From the NCBI GenBank assembly GCA_015232855.1, contig JADFYW010000001.1:56830-120829 (forward strand): a DNA stretch of 64,000 bases, read 5' to 3'. The notes below the pieces were generated by a model, which searched no databases, had not been told where the DNA came from, and was given only the letters and a program-made list of their open reading frames with translations. Source of the stretch: Fibrobacteria bacterium (GTDB lineage: Bacteria > Fibrobacterota > Fibrobacteria > UBA11236 > JADFYW01). Below are positions 35,415 to 45,938 of the stretch, in pieces (the first letter of the stretch is position 1; each line of letters starts with the position of its first letter). A program made the translations under genes and the position numbers.

Positions 35415-37658
35415 ATGAGCCCAGAAAACAGTGACTACAAAGATTTAAAAGAACGAAACGAAAAACTCAGAGAACAATTTTCCGGGTTGTTGGACAGCTA
35501 CGCAAAACTTGAACTCACCGATCTTAAGCGCCACCAAATGGCGCAAAACCAAAAGAAACTCATTGATTTTATTCAGCGTATCGCAAGAAGACTTGATGAT
35601 GATGATTTGCTCGATATTCTTATTGAGGAATTCCTTATTGAACTTCAGGCTGACAGGGTATCCTATATTTTACCAGGTAGTGGCCCATCCAGGCGGTTAG
35701 CGGTATCCAATGAGGCTGTGGATAAAAGTGTGAAAAGGTTAGTCCTTCCCTATTTTATTTCTACCGAAACTGACCAGGAATTCCCAAATCTCATTTATAA
35801 ATGTCTTGATAAAAACGACCTGGTGGTAAGTGACTGGAAGGCACCGGTTCAATTGGTGCCCGACAATACTATTCAAGCCTCTCTTGAACATAATTTTCAG
35901 ATGGCCATGGAAGAAGAGTTTAATGTAGTTCAGGAAGTAGAATGCACCAAAGCTCTCGCCTATCCAATCAGAACAACTGCCGGTGGTGAATCGGTCATCT
36001 GCATGCAGAAATCTAAATCAAGGCGTGGTTGGTCACAGCCCCAGATGGAACTTTTTAGAGACATGTGTCGGTACGCCTCCCTTCTGCTGGAACAAACCCA
36101 AATGACACAGCAGATACGGGACCTCAAAGACCAGTTAAGCTCTATTATCCAGTCGATGCCTTCTGCAATTATTGGCATGGATCTTTTAGGCACGATTACC
36201 ATGTGGGGTGGTCGCGCGGCAGAACTTCTTGAAATTCCCGAAAATGAAGCTATGGGAAAAGTCTTTTGGGAATTGGTGCCACAATATCACTTTGTGGCTG
36301 ACGCCATGATGGATGTTATCAGTATGAATGACAGCAGCGGTTTAAATTTTGACACTTTACCTTTCAAGAAAAACGACGGGAACATTATTCATCATCAGGC
36401 CACTATGTTCACCATGTTCGGCAGTGACCGGGGTGAATTGGCTTTGCGTATTGATGATGTTACTAATCAAGTGGAACTAAATAACCAACTCTTTCATGCT
36501 CAGCGTATGGAAACCGTTGGCACCCTGGCAGGTGGCCTTGCCCATGACTTCAACAATGTCCTTGGTGGCATTGTCGGAACTATTTCTCTTATGAAAGAAC
36601 GGGCTCTTATTGCAAACAAAGAAAAAGCTGACGACTTAAAAACAGAACAAGATCTGGAAGATATTGAAATAATTGAATCTTGTACCCGCCGTGCCTCAGA
36701 CATGGTCGCGCGCCTTCTCTCTCTATCACGAAAAGTTGAAATTAACATGGAACCTCTGGAACTCAACCATGTCGTAAACAATGTTTCCACCCTTTGTAAA
36801 GCTTCTTTTGAAAGCCGGATCAAAATTGAGACAAAAATCCCTCAAAAGAAGCTATGGATAATGGGAGATAATACCCAGCTCGAACAGGTCATTCTGAATA
36901 TGGCAGTTAATGCCCGTGACGCCATGAAAGAAGGCGGAACACTCGGCTTGCAGATCTCAGAATTTACCGTTACTGATAAATTTCGCCGTCAACATCCGGG
37001 ATGTAAAGCCAAAAAGCTTGCCTGTTTAGCCATCACCGATTCAGGAGAAGGAATCCCCCTCAAGGATCTTGATAAAATTTTTGATCCGTTCTATACTACC
37101 AAATCTAAGGAGCAAGGTACTGGCCTGGGGCTCGCCATTGTGGATAAAATAATAAAAGAACACAACGGATTTTTAGAAGTAAATTCAAAACCTGGTGTAA
37201 ATACAGCGTTCTCCCTTTATTTTAATCGGATTGATGCGCCTTCAAAAGGACGGATAAAAACATCAATCAGTCTGCAACGTGGTTCTGGAGATGTTCTGGT
37301 GGTCGATGATGATGTTATCATGAGAAAAACGATATCCCGAATTCTTTATGGTATGGGTTATACGGTTGCCACAGCAAGTACCGGTGCCACGGCTATTACC
37401 ATGTGCGAATCAGGGCTACATTTCAATCTGGTAATTCTGGACGTGGATATGCCGGTAATGAGCGGATTAGACATTGCCCGCATTATCCGAAAAACAGAAC
37501 CCGATATGAAAATTCTTTTCTGCACTGGCAGACAACATCAGTATCAAATGCAGGAAGTACTCAGTCAAAAAAATACCTGGCTGATTACAAAGCCTTTCAG
37601 CCGGGAGGTACTGGGTAAAATGGTTAATGACACCATAGCCCAGAAGGTCCTAAAATGA
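35415..37658 (+). CDS. hybrid sensor histidine kinase (GAF-like + PAS + HisKA + HATPase_c + receiver)
   Basis: 747 aa. H-box ...LAGGLAHDFNNVLGGIVG. N/G boxes ...LNMAVNARDAM..., ...DSGEGIP..., ...GTGLGLAIV. Receiver ...VLVVDDDVIMRK...ILDVDMPVMSGLD...KPF. Confidence 0.9.
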   Translation: MSPENSDYKDLKERNEKLREQFSGLLDSYAKLELTDLKRHQMAQNQKKLIDFIQRIARRLDDDDLLDILIEEFLIELQADRVSYILPGSGPSRRLAVSNEAVDKSVKRLVLPYFISTETDQEFPNLIYKCLDKNDLVVSDWKAPVQLVPDNTIQASLEHNFQMAMEEEFNVVQEVECTKALAYPIRTTAGGESVICMQKSKSRRGWSQPQMELFRDMCRYASLLLEQTQMTQQIRDLKDQLSSIIQSMPSAIIGMDLLGTITMWGGRAAELLEIPENEAMGKVFWELVPQYHFVADAMMDVISMNDSSGLNFDTLPFKKNDGNIIHHQATMFTMFGSDRGELALRIDDVTNQVELNNQLFHAQRMETVGTLAGGLAHDFNNVLGGIVGTISLMKERALIANKEKADDLKTEQDLEDIEIIESCTRRASDMVARLLSLSRKVEINMEPLELNHVVNNVSTLCKASFESRIKIETKIPQKKLWIMGDNTQLEQVILNMAVNARDAMKEGGTLGLQISEFTVTDKFRRQHPGCKAKKLACLAITDSGEGIPLKDLDKIFDPFYTTKSKEQGTGLGLAIVDKIIKEHNGFLEVNSKPGVNTAFSLYFNRIDAPSKGRIKTSISLQRGSGDVLVVDDDVIMRKTISRILYGMGYTVATASTGATAITMCESGLHFNLVILDVDMPVMSGLDIARIIRKTEPDMKILFCTGRQHQYQMQEVLSQKNTWLITKPFSREVLGKMVNDTIAQKVLK

Positions 37659-38662
37659 CCCGCTTTGATTTTGAACTGCGCAAACCGGATGATATGCACA
37701 TTCATCTGCGGCAGGGTCCCAATCTCAAGAACTATGTAGAGGACTGTATCCCCTACTTTGGCAAAATATTGGTTATGCCCAATACCGTGCCTCCAATATC
37801 AAATGCAATTATCTTAAAAAAATATAAAAAGCAAATTCAATCATTTGCCCCGAATATGACTCCCCTGATGACATTCAAGCTCAAAGCATCAATGGGTACA
37901 GAAGAAATTGACATTCTCAAAAAAGCCGGAGCTGTCGCAGGGAAACTCTACCCCGCCGGTGCAACCACCAACTCTGCCGACGGGATTACTGATGTCAAAA
38001 GAATCTATGCTCTTTTGGAGCATATGCAGGCCAAAGACCTGGTTCTTAGTGTACATGCAGAGGATCCGGACGCTTTTTGCCTTGACCGGGAAAGTGTCTA
38101 TCTCGAAAAGATCAAAGATATTGCTGACCATTTTCCCAAATTAAAAATAATTATAGAGCACCTTAGCTGCAGACAAGCCGTTGAGTATGTACAGGAAGCA
38201 CCAGAAAAAATTGCTGCAACCATTTCTGTACACCACTTATTACTCACCTTGAATGATATTCTCGGCGCCAGCTTTAATCCCCACCATTTTTGCAAGCCCA
38301 TTGCAAAAACTCCCGAAGACCGGAAAGCTATTATGCAGGCCGCATTTTCTGGTAATCCAAAATTTTTCCTGGGAACCGACAGTGCCCCCCATCTCAAAGC
38401 AAGTAAAGAAACAGCTGCGGGCCAGGCGGGAATCTATACTGCACCAGTTGCCATCCCCTTGCTTATCAGTATTTTTGAAAAAGCGGGAAAGCTTGAAATG
38501 CTTGAAAACTTTACTTCTCAATTTGGAAGCGCATTTTATGAATTAGAACAAAATCAGGCAACCATCAGCTTCAAACGGGAAGACTGGAGTGTGCCGGAAC
38601 TTATGCATGGGGTGGTCCCATTCTTCGCCGGAAAAAAAATATCATGGAAACTGGCAGACTAA
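37655..38662 (+). CDS. pyrC: dihydroorotase, homodimeric (class II) type
   Basis: 335 aa. ...PDDMHIHLRQG... (E. coli DDWHLHLRDG), ...KLYPAGATTNS..., ...FLGTDSAPH... ATGA overlap with the kinase gene. Confidence 0.9.
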   Translation: MTRFDFELRKPDDMHIHLRQGPNLKNYVEDCIPYFGKILVMPNTVPPISNAIILKKYKKQIQSFAPNMTPLMTFKLKASMGTEEIDILKKAGAVAGKLYPAGATTNSADGITDVKRIYALLEHMQAKDLVLSVHAEDPDAFCLDRESVYLEKIKDIADHFPKLKIIIEHLSCRQAVEYVQEAPEKIAATISVHHLLLTLNDILGASFNPHHFCKPIAKTPEDRKAIMQAAFSGNPKFFLGTDSAPHLKASKETAAGQAGIYTAPVAIPLLISIFEKAGKLEMLENFTSQFGSAFYELEQNQATISFKREDWSVPELMHGVVPFFAGKKISWKLAD

Positions 38663-38692
38663 AAGTACTGCATCACCTCATCGACTGATACT

Positions 38693-39400
38693 ATGCTCAA
38701 TCAAATAAAGGGTTTTCTGTTCTTCGCAGTCTCTTTCTCTTCCGTTATCCTTATTGGGTTTCCTTTGGTAATAATTGGTTACCTCACCAACAATCAGCAG
38801 CTTGGTTTTTACGGTGTCACGGTTTTTAATCGTATATTATTTCCAATACTCGGTATAAAAATAACAGTCACCGGCAAAGAACATATGGACAGCAATGCAG
38901 CCTACCTCGTCTTGAGTAATCACCAGAGCTTTTTAGATATCATTATTATCCTCACCCATATCCGCTTAATTGCTTTTGTTGCTAAAATGGAAATTAAGAA
39001 ATGGCCGGTGTTCGGTTTTGCCATGAAACAGATGCACTGTATTTTTGTGGACCGTAGCGATCCCGAATCACGAAAATTAGTGGGACCGGCAATGGAGATA
39101 AATATACGGAAAAAGATCAGCTACTGTGTGTATCCCGAAGGCACCCGTTCTTCAAAGGGCAGACTTTTACCTTTTAAACCAGGGATATTTAAAATTGCAT
39201 ATTCCAATAACATCTCTATTCTCCCTGTTTCTATCTGTGACTCCTGGAAAATTCTCTCAAAAGATTCATTTAAATTATCCTCAGGCACGATTCATTGTGT
39301 AATCCACAAACCGGTTATACCAGCCGATTTCGATTCGTTTGAAAGCCTGCAAACACATATCAGGGGCATTATTGCAAGCCCTCTGGAGGCAAATGCCTAA
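38693..39400 (+). CDS. plsC: 1-acyl-sn-glycerol-3-phosphate acyltransferase
   Basis: 235 aa. N-terminal TM; HX4D motif in LSNHQSFLDI; ...VYPEGTRSS... Confidence 0.88.
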   Translation: MLNQIKGFLFFAVSFSSVILIGFPLVIIGYLTNNQQLGFYGVTVFNRILFPILGIKITVTGKEHMDSNAAYLVLSNHQSFLDIIIILTHIRLIAFVAKMEIKKWPVFGFAMKQMHCIFVDRSDPESRKLVGPAMEINIRKKISYCVYPEGTRSSKGRLLPFKPGIFKIAYSNNISILPVSICDSWKILSKDSFKLSSGTIHCVIHKPVIPADFDSFESLQTHIRGIIASPLEANA

Positions 39401-41213
39401 ACCAAAACAAAATCGGAAAAGCCAGTCTCTTCGTACCAGAAAATCATCATCATCTTCACACAAGAAACGACCCAACAATCGTCTTGTGATTGGACGTGTG
39501 ATAAAAAAACGGCGCGGGCATTACCTTATACCCCGGAATAGTAACGAGCAATGTGCCATCTTTATCCCGGGGCATCAACTTAAAAACGCAAAGGAAGGTG
39601 ATCTGGTTTCTGTCCGCATTACAGCCTTGCGGAGTAAAAAGTCAAAGGCAAGCGCAGAAGTAACGGCAGTCCTTAAAAACAAAGATGTATTTGAAGATGT
39701 AGCGGCTGCTTTTTACAAAACGAATAAGATAACATTAGGCTATTCCAATCGTATCCTTAAAGAAGTGGACCGAATACCGGAGCCAAACGCCATACCCCTG
39801 GATAACCGACATGACTTACGCGATGAGTTTACCGTAGCCATTGACCCGGAAGACGCCAGAGATCACGATGACGCGATATCCCTCACCAAAACACCCAAAA
39901 ATACCTGGATTCTTAAAGTAAGTATTGCTGATGTATCAGAATACATCACCCCGGAAAGTAAGATAAATCGTGAATCCGCATTCAGGGCTTTTACTCTCTA
40001 CCTCCCCTGGAGAGCGGTCTCCATGCTTCCCGAAAGACTTTCTAATAATATATGCAGTCTTAAAGAAAATACGGACAGGCTTGCGCTTACCTGTGAAATG
40101 GAATTTACGGGAAGCGGCAGACTGGAACAATATTCATTCTATGAAAGTATTGTCCGCATTAAAAAGTTTTATGCCTATGAAAATGCCCAGGCCCTGATGG
40201 AGGGTGGGGATTCTTTTCTAAAATCATTTGCAGAGTTCACCGGAATCCTTCGCAACCAGCGAACGCGAGCAGGACTATTTGATTTTGAAATGCCCGAGCC
40301 ACAAGTAACCCTGGATGAATCAGGTTCGCCCGTTTCTATTCATTGTAAAAGCCGTGTTTCAGCTTATACCTGGATAGAGGAATGCATGCTCGCAGCAAAT
40401 ATTTGTGCTGCAAAATTTTTACTGAAACATAAACTTCCCGGAATTTACCGGACCCACGCCGCCCCAGAGACAAAAGACCTCGCCGAATTGGTCAGACTGG
40501 AATACCTGATGTTTCAAACCAAGGACATCAGCCTGAAACTCGATGCCAAGCGGAAAAACAAAAAGCCCTGGGAATATGCCCGTGAATGGTATGTAGCTCT
40601 TTTAAGTAAAGGTGCCACAACCTATGAAGGAAAATTCCCTGATTATCTCCAGCGACGAATATTGAAAACATTGAAAAAAGCACTTTACAGCACTACCTGT
40701 ACCGGTCATTTTGCTCTGGGATTTAAAAAATACGCTCATTTCACATCCCCCATAAGGCGTTATCCAGATCTCTGGAACCATAGAATGATAAAACTAGCTC
40801 TGAAAGGCAATAAAGTTCCCCGAAGTCTAAGAAAAGAGGCGGAAAAGTGGGCTGACTTAGCCTCTGAAAAAGAATATGAGATAATGAAACTTGAAAGAAA
40901 GGCCATGAAATCTGCATTAGCCTGGGTACTACGGGATCGTCTGGGCGAAGAATTTCCAGGGAAAATAACAGGCATTAGTGAATTTGGGTTTTGGGCCCTT
41001 TTGGATGCACCAGGAATCTATGGAGAAGGCTTTGTGCCCCTCAGATCTATCAAGCAAGACTATTTTGATTATAACGAGCGAGATGAACAGCTGCTGGGGC
41101 GAAGAACCGGATTGTTTTTCAACCTGAATGAGAAAGTACTCGTTAGGCTTGATAAAACGGATCCCATTCAGGGATTTATTGATTGTGGCTTTATAGAAAA
41201 AATCAAGCCATAG
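39393..41213 (+). CDS. rnr: ribonuclease R / RNase II family 3'-5' exoribonuclease
   Basis: GGAGG precedes the ATG at 39393; the longer ORF from 39339 lies inside plsC. ...VAIDPEDARDHDDAISL..., ...HFALGFKKYAHFTSPIRRYPDL... A basic N-terminal tail and an S1-like C-terminus. Confidence 0.88.
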   Translation: MPKPKQNRKSQSLRTRKSSSSSHKKRPNNRLVIGRVIKKRRGHYLIPRNSNEQCAIFIPGHQLKNAKEGDLVSVRITALRSKKSKASAEVTAVLKNKDVFEDVAAAFYKTNKITLGYSNRILKEVDRIPEPNAIPLDNRHDLRDEFTVAIDPEDARDHDDAISLTKTPKNTWILKVSIADVSEYITPESKINRESAFRAFTLYLPWRAVSMLPERLSNNICSLKENTDRLALTCEMEFTGSGRLEQYSFYESIVRIKKFYAYENAQALMEGGDSFLKSFAEFTGILRNQRTRAGLFDFEMPEPQVTLDESGSPVSIHCKSRVSAYTWIEECMLAANICAAKFLLKHKLPGIYRTHAAPETKDLAELVRLEYLMFQTKDISLKLDAKRKNKKPWEYAREWYVALLSKGATTYEGKFPDYLQRRILKTLKKALYSTTCTGHFALGFKKYAHFTSPIRRYPDLWNHRMIKLALKGNKVPRSLRKEAEKWADLASEKEYEIMKLERKAMKSALAWVLRDRLGEEFPGKITGISEFGFWALLDAPGIYGEGFVPLRSIKQDYFDYNERDEQLLGRRTGLFFNLNEKVLVRLDKTDPIQGFIDCGFIEKIKP

Positions 41214-41292
41214 ACCAATCTCTATGCTTTTTCAGTTATAAAAGTCCCGATAAGAAGAGAAAAAATTATATTGCAGGTAACTGGGTATAATT

Positions 41293-41571
41293 ATGGATGC
41301 AAACGTTAAAATACAACTATTACTGGTTGTCTTACTCATAGGGGCTTTACTTGTTTCCTTTATGATAATTATTCATACTATCGGTAACATGAACCATATT
41401 TTTAACCGTCTTGAAGAAATTGTCTCTAAAGAGACCATACTCCGCCTTGAAATTCTGGATAGGGATATCCGTATCAAAGAAGAGCAACATAAAGTAGAAA
41501 ATGAGCGAAAAAGGCGTTCTGAGGCCTTGCTTAACGTTCCTTTACTCAACAAAGAAGATAATAGACGTTAA
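41293..41571 (+). CDS. small single-pass membrane protein with coiled-coil tail (hypothetical)
   Basis: 92 aa. IQLLLVVLLIGALLVSFMIIIHTI, followed by a charged helix. Lies between rnr and gmk. Confidence 0.5.
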   Translation: MDANVKIQLLLVVLLIGALLVSFMIIIHTIGNMNHIFNRLEEIVSKETILRLEILDRDIRIKEEQHKVENERKRRSEALLNVPLLNKEDNRR

Positions 41572-41580
41572 GGCTAAACC

Positions 41581-42153
41581 GTGGATTCCAAGAGCTTTCT
41601 TTTTGTATTGTCCGCACCCTCAGGTGCAGGCAAAACCACACTCAAAGACAGGCTTATGCCAGCCATTCCACGACTTAAATACTCAATTTCAGCAACTACC
41701 CGTCCTCAAAGACCCGGAGAAGTAGACGGAACACACTATTTTTTTAAATCCCGGGACCAGTTCCAACAAATGATTGCGCAAGATGAGCTCATTGAATACA
41801 ACGAAGTCCACAATAATTTTTACGGTACACCAAAAGCTTTCATTGATGACTCTCTTGCTGCCGGTGATAACATTATACTGGACCTTGACGTATATGGTAA
41901 GATAAATTTTGACAAGGCCTACCCCAATGCCATAGGTATTCTCATTATTCCACCAAGTATGGAACTCTTACAACAACGACTTATAGACCGTAAATCAGAT
42001 GATGATGAAGTAATAAAAATCAGACTCCAAAACGCAGTGAAAGAAATGGAATTTGCCAAAACTAAAGGCAAATACGAACACACCGTTGTAAATGATGATT
42101 TAGAGATTGCAACAAAAGAGTTACAATCCATCGTTACATCTTATATCAATTAG
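41581..42153 (+). CDS. gmk: guanylate kinase
   Basis: 190 aa with a GTG start. P-loop LSAPSGAGKTTL; ...SATTRPQRPGEVDGTHYFF... Confidence 0.92.
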   Translation: MDSKSFLFVLSAPSGAGKTTLKDRLMPAIPRLKYSISATTRPQRPGEVDGTHYFFKSRDQFQQMIAQDELIEYNEVHNNFYGTPKAFIDDSLAAGDNIILDLDVYGKINFDKAYPNAIGILIIPPSMELLQQRLIDRKSDDDEVIKIRLQNAVKEMEFAKTKGKYEHTVVNDDLEIATKELQSIVTSYIN

Positions 42154-45100
42154 CCACAGATTCTGTTACCCAATTTTTTGCATTGACAAAGGCCTGAAGC
42201 CAGGGCGTCATATCGTGCTGCTTTTTCAGGTCCCTTGGATAATAACCCCATTGCCAGGGGAAAATTGCCCGTTCAAGATGAGGCATCATAGCCAGGTGCC
42301 TGCCATCTTTTGATACAATACCAGCTGCGTTATAGTCTGATCCGTTGGGGTTAGCGGGATACTCAGACCTTGAATACTTAAGTGCAATATCATAGTTGTC
42401 TTCTGGTAAGGGAAGACTGAATCTGCCCTCTCCATGAGCAACCCATATTCCCAGACAAGAGCCACCGAGGCCATTAAATAATACTGCTCCTGTTTTTTCC
42501 GGAATGGTCACCGATAAAAAGGCACTCTCAAATTTTCCAGAACGGTTATGTTCCATTTTTACTTTTTCTTCGTGCTCAGGATATGGCATACCCAGAAGGG
42601 TCATGAGCTGACAACCATTACATATCCCCAGACTCAAAGTATCTGGCCGCTCACAAAAACGTTTAAAGGCATCACGTGCCCTTTGATGATACCTAAACAC
42701 GCCGGCCCAACCGCGTGCAGAACCAAGCACATCTGAATTGGAAAACCCGCCACAAAAAACAGCAAAGTTTACATCTTCAAGGGTTTCTCGCCCACTGGTG
42801 AGATCCGTCATCGTCACATCTTTCACATCAAAGCCAGCTGCATACAAGGAGTATGCCATTTCGCGTTCTCCATTAGTCCCTTTTTCACGGATAATAGCTG
42901 CTTTTATGCCACTATTTGGCCGTTCACCTGTAACCACCCCATAGTCATTTGCCTTACCCGTAAACGCGGGAGGGAAAACAAAATTCAAAGGAACCTGATC
43001 AAATGTTTCAAAGCGGCTTTTGGCTTCAGAAGGGGACGTTTGAAACTGTTCAAGCAAATATGAAGGTCTAAACCATATCCGGCGTAAATTCTTAAGAGTA
43101 TCCTCAAATGAAATTCCACTCGCTTCCAGTTTAAAACTTTTTTCTTCAGGCAGACAACGGGCTACTACAAAAGCTTCCGCTCCAATTGATTCTATTTCGG
43201 CTACCATTGCCTGAGCCTCATCTTCCCGTACCTGAATCAGCAAGCCGGGTTTTTCACAAAAAAGGAAAGCTGCCATATCATCGGAGGAAAGTTCTGATGG
43301 AAATGAAACCGAAAGGCCTACGTCTCCGGTAAAGGCCATTTCCATGGCGGCGGTTATCAGTCCGCCAGCAGAAATATCCTGCCCGGCAAAGATGCGTTCT
43401 GCAATAAGCCACTGCTGAATTTGATCAAACACTGATGAGAATAACGTAGCCGATGCTACTGAGGGAGTTCGTTTACCCACAATACTTTTTGTCTGCGCCC
43501 AGCTACTACCGCCGAGAGCGTTGTCCCGGGTACCTGACATATTTACATATAATAAAGTGCTATTTTTAACCGCTTTGAGTTCTGGTGTAACAATACCTGC
43601 AATATCCCCACATAATCCGGCAGCAGAGACAATAACCGTTCCCGGTGAACGTACTTCTTTGTCTTTATAATTCTGTATCATGGAAAGAGAATCTTTTCCC
43701 GTGGAAATATTTATCCCCAAGTCAACCGCATATTGCGAAACAGCCTGTACAGCATTATACAATCGGGCAGCCTCGCCACGTCCTTTGAAGGGCCACATCC
43801 AATTAGCACTCAATGTGATCGATTTGATGCCCTTTTCCAAAGGAACAAATATAAGATTGGTAAGAGACTCTGCCAGGCTTAATACGGCACCATTCGCGGC
43901 ATTAATCAAACCAGCAGCAGGACTGTGCCCCATGGCTGTGGCTATACTGGCCTCACCCTGGAAATCCACCGCCATGACACCTGCACCATGGAGGGGTAGC
44001 TGAAAAGGGCCCACACATTGCTGTTGCACCACTTTACCGGTAACACTTCTATCAACCTTGTTAGTAAGCCAGTCTTTACACGCAACCGCTTCCAGGCTCA
44101 ATACTTGATAGATATCTGTTGCAAACTCAGAAGCCTGACAAGGGGAGTCAGCAAATTCATAATCCACCGTTACGGCTTCAATGGTTGTTTTGGGAGGTTT
44201 ACCAAATAAAAAATCGAGTGTGATGTTAACAGGAGTTTCCCCGGCTTTATTTTCAAAAACAAAACGGCCCTCATTGTTCACCGTTCCAATCACATACATG
44301 GGAGCCCGCTCCCTTTCAGCAATGGACTTCAGCATGGCAACATCCTGGTCTTTAACCACCAGGCCCATGCGTTCTTGTGACTCATTACCAATAATTTCTT
44401 TGTCAGAAAGACTTGGATCACCAACGGGGAGATTTTTCATCTCAATAACCCCACCACGCCCCTCGACCAGTTCAGACAGACAGTTAATATGCCCACCAGC
44501 GCCATGATCATGAATCAGTACCACCGCGTTTTCGGAACGTTCTAAAAGGACCCGAATACAATTAAATACCCGTTTTTGCATCTCAGGGTTTGAACGCTGG
44601 ACCGCATTTAATTCTATCACCGATTCACTCGAACCCGTATTAACCGAACTTACTGCTCCGCCGCCCATACCAATACGATAGTTATCCCCCCCGAGCAAAA
44701 TAATTTTATCCCCTGCTTCAGGAACATCTTTTAACGTATCCCGCCTGTTTGCATATCCAATGCCTCCTGCCAGCATGATAGTCTTATCATAACCAAACAC
44801 TTCTTTATCGCCATTATATTCGAAAGTGAGTAAAGATCCGTTAATAAGTGGCTGACCAAACTTGTTACCGAAATCCGACGCGCCATTTGAGGCTTTTATA
44901 AGTATTTCCTGGGGTGATTGATATATCCAGGGTCTTGCTGTTTCGGGTTTTTCCCAGTCACCGTTCTGCAAACGGGGATAACTGGTCATATAACAAGCAG
45001 TTCCCCCCAGAGGCAAACTCCCTTTGCCGCCCGCCATCCGGTCCCTTATTTCACCACCAGCACCCGTGGCTGCTCCATTAAAGGGCTCCACCGTCGTTGG

Positions 45101-45847
45101 AAAATTATGAGTCTCGGCTTTTAGAGAAAATACCGTTGGTATGGATTTCACAGAAAATTCATAACTTCCGTCTTTATTTTCAGGGGCAAACTGTTGACAA
45201 CTCCTTGCTTCAGCAAAAGCAACATTATCATCGTAATTAGTAAGGACCGAACCAGGATTGTCTTTGGTCGTTTGTTTTATCATCCCAAAGAGCGTCTGTT
45301 CTTTTTCATGGCCATCAAGAATATATTTGCCAGTAAAAATTTTATGACGGCAATGTTCACTATTAATCTGAGCAAATCCAAAAATTTCAGAATCGGTAAA
45401 AGGCCGGCCTTGTTCCTGCTGGGATTTTTCGAGATACTCAATTTCATCCGGAGAAAGAGCAAGCCCAACTTTTTTATTATAAGCAGCAATATCTTCTACA
45501 TAACGTATTGGCTCTGGCTGCTTATCAATTTTAAGACTTTCCTGGTTCAGACCATCATATATTTGCTGTAACATAGGATCGAAATCGGGCGTTGGGCCAG
45601 TTTCAAAAAAGCATTCTATTCGGTTGGCTTCCGCAACTCCTGTGTTTTGAGCAATTTCAACTGCATTGGTGGACCATGGAGTTACCATTTCTCGCCGGGG
45701 TCCGATAAAACGGCCCTTAATTTCTTTTTCTTCAATCAGTTGCGCATCCAACAACCATGCCAAAATTTCTACTGAATGAGAAGACATGGCTTGTATGGCT
45801 TCCACAAGGAAATACTGTGTCTTATTTTTATAAAAATAAACTGTCAT
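42146..45847 (-). CDS. purL: phosphoribosylformylglycinamidine synthase, single-chain large PurL
   Basis: About 1233 aa from the ATG at 45847 (MTVYFYKNK...). The 21-codon extension to 45910 reads MPPPPPDL and looks non-coding. ...HCRHKIF..., ...ETHNFPTTVEPFNGAATGAGGEIRD..., C-terminal GATase ...LGICNGCQLM... It overlaps the gmk 3' end by 8 nt, convergently. Confidence 0.92.
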   Translation of the reverse strand: MTVYFYKNKTQYFLVEAIQAMSSHSVEILAWLLDAQLIEEKEIKGRFIGPRREMVTPWSTNAVEIAQNTGVAEANRIECFFETGPTPDFDPMLQQIYDGLNQESLKIDKQPEPIRYVEDIAAYNKKVGLALSPDEIEYLEKSQQEQGRPFTDSEIFGFAQINSEHCRHKIFTGKYILDGHEKEQTLFGMIKQTTKDNPGSVLTNYDDNVAFAEARSCQQFAPENKDGSYEFSVKSIPTVFSLKAETHNFPTTVEPFNGAATGAGGEIRDRMAGGKGSLPLGGTACYMTSYPRLQNGDWEKPETARPWIYQSPQEILIKASNGASDFGNKFGQPLINGSLLTFEYNGDKEVFGYDKTIMLAGGIGYANRRDTLKDVPEAGDKIILLGGDNYRIGMGGGAVSSVNTGSSESVIELNAVQRSNPEMQKRVFNCIRVLLERSENAVVLIHDHGAGGHINCLSELVEGRGGVIEMKNLPVGDPSLSDKEIIGNESQERMGLVVKDQDVAMLKSIAERERAPMYVIGTVNNEGRFVFENKAGETPVNITLDFLFGKPPKTTIEAVTVDYEFADSPCQASEFATDIYQVLSLEAVACKDWLTNKVDRSVTGKVVQQQCVGPFQLPLHGAGVMAVDFQGEASIATAMGHSPAAGLINAANGAVLSLAESLTNLIFVPLEKGIKSITLSANWMWPFKGRGEAARLYNAVQAVSQYAVDLGINISTGKDSLSMIQNYKDKEVRSPGTVIVSAAGLCGDIAGIVTPELKAVKNSTLLYVNMSGTRDNALGGSSWAQTKSIVGKRTPSVASATLFSSVFDQIQQWLIAERIFAGQDISAGGLITAAMEMAFTGDVGLSVSFPSELSSDDMAAFLFCEKPGLLIQVREDEAQAMVAEIESIGAEAFVVARCLPEEKSFKLEASGISFEDTLKNLRRIWFRPSYLLEQFQTSPSEAKSRFETFDQVPLNFVFPPAFTGKANDYGVVTGERPNSGIKAAIIREKGTNGEREMAYSLYAAGFDVKDVTMTDLTSGRETLEDVNFAVFCGGFSNSDVLGSARGWAGVFRYHQRARDAFKRFCERPDTLSLGICNGCQLMTLLGMPYPEHEEKVKMEHNRSGKFESAFLSVTIPEKTGAVLFNGLGGSCLGIWVAHGEGRFSLPLPEDNYDIALKYSRSEYPANPNGSDYNAAGIVSKDGRHLAMMPHLERAIFPWQWGYYPRDLKKQHDMTPWLQAFVNAKNWVTESVAN

Positions 45848-45938
45848 AATACATCTTTCTTCAAAATTACTTTTGAGAGTAAAAGTAAGATCAGGCGGGG
45901 GTGGTGGCAATAAAGTGAGTACGGGAAATGCGGGATTA

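Noticed and set aside
41246-41253. Third CCCGATAA box (sigma-28 -10 like), 39 nt upstream of the small membrane protein/gmk genes.
   Set aside because: There is no TAAA at the required 15-16 nt spacing; the sequence there is CTTT/GCTT. The -10-like heptamer alone is expected a few times by chance.
45848-45938. Possible purine/ZTP-type riboswitch in the GC-rich leader of purL (contains CCACCCCCGCCTGATC).
   Set aside because: It is only 91 nt long. It lacks the conserved pfl/ZTP 5' subdomain and purine-riboswitch junction sequences. The resemblance is limited to a CCGCCTG-like string.
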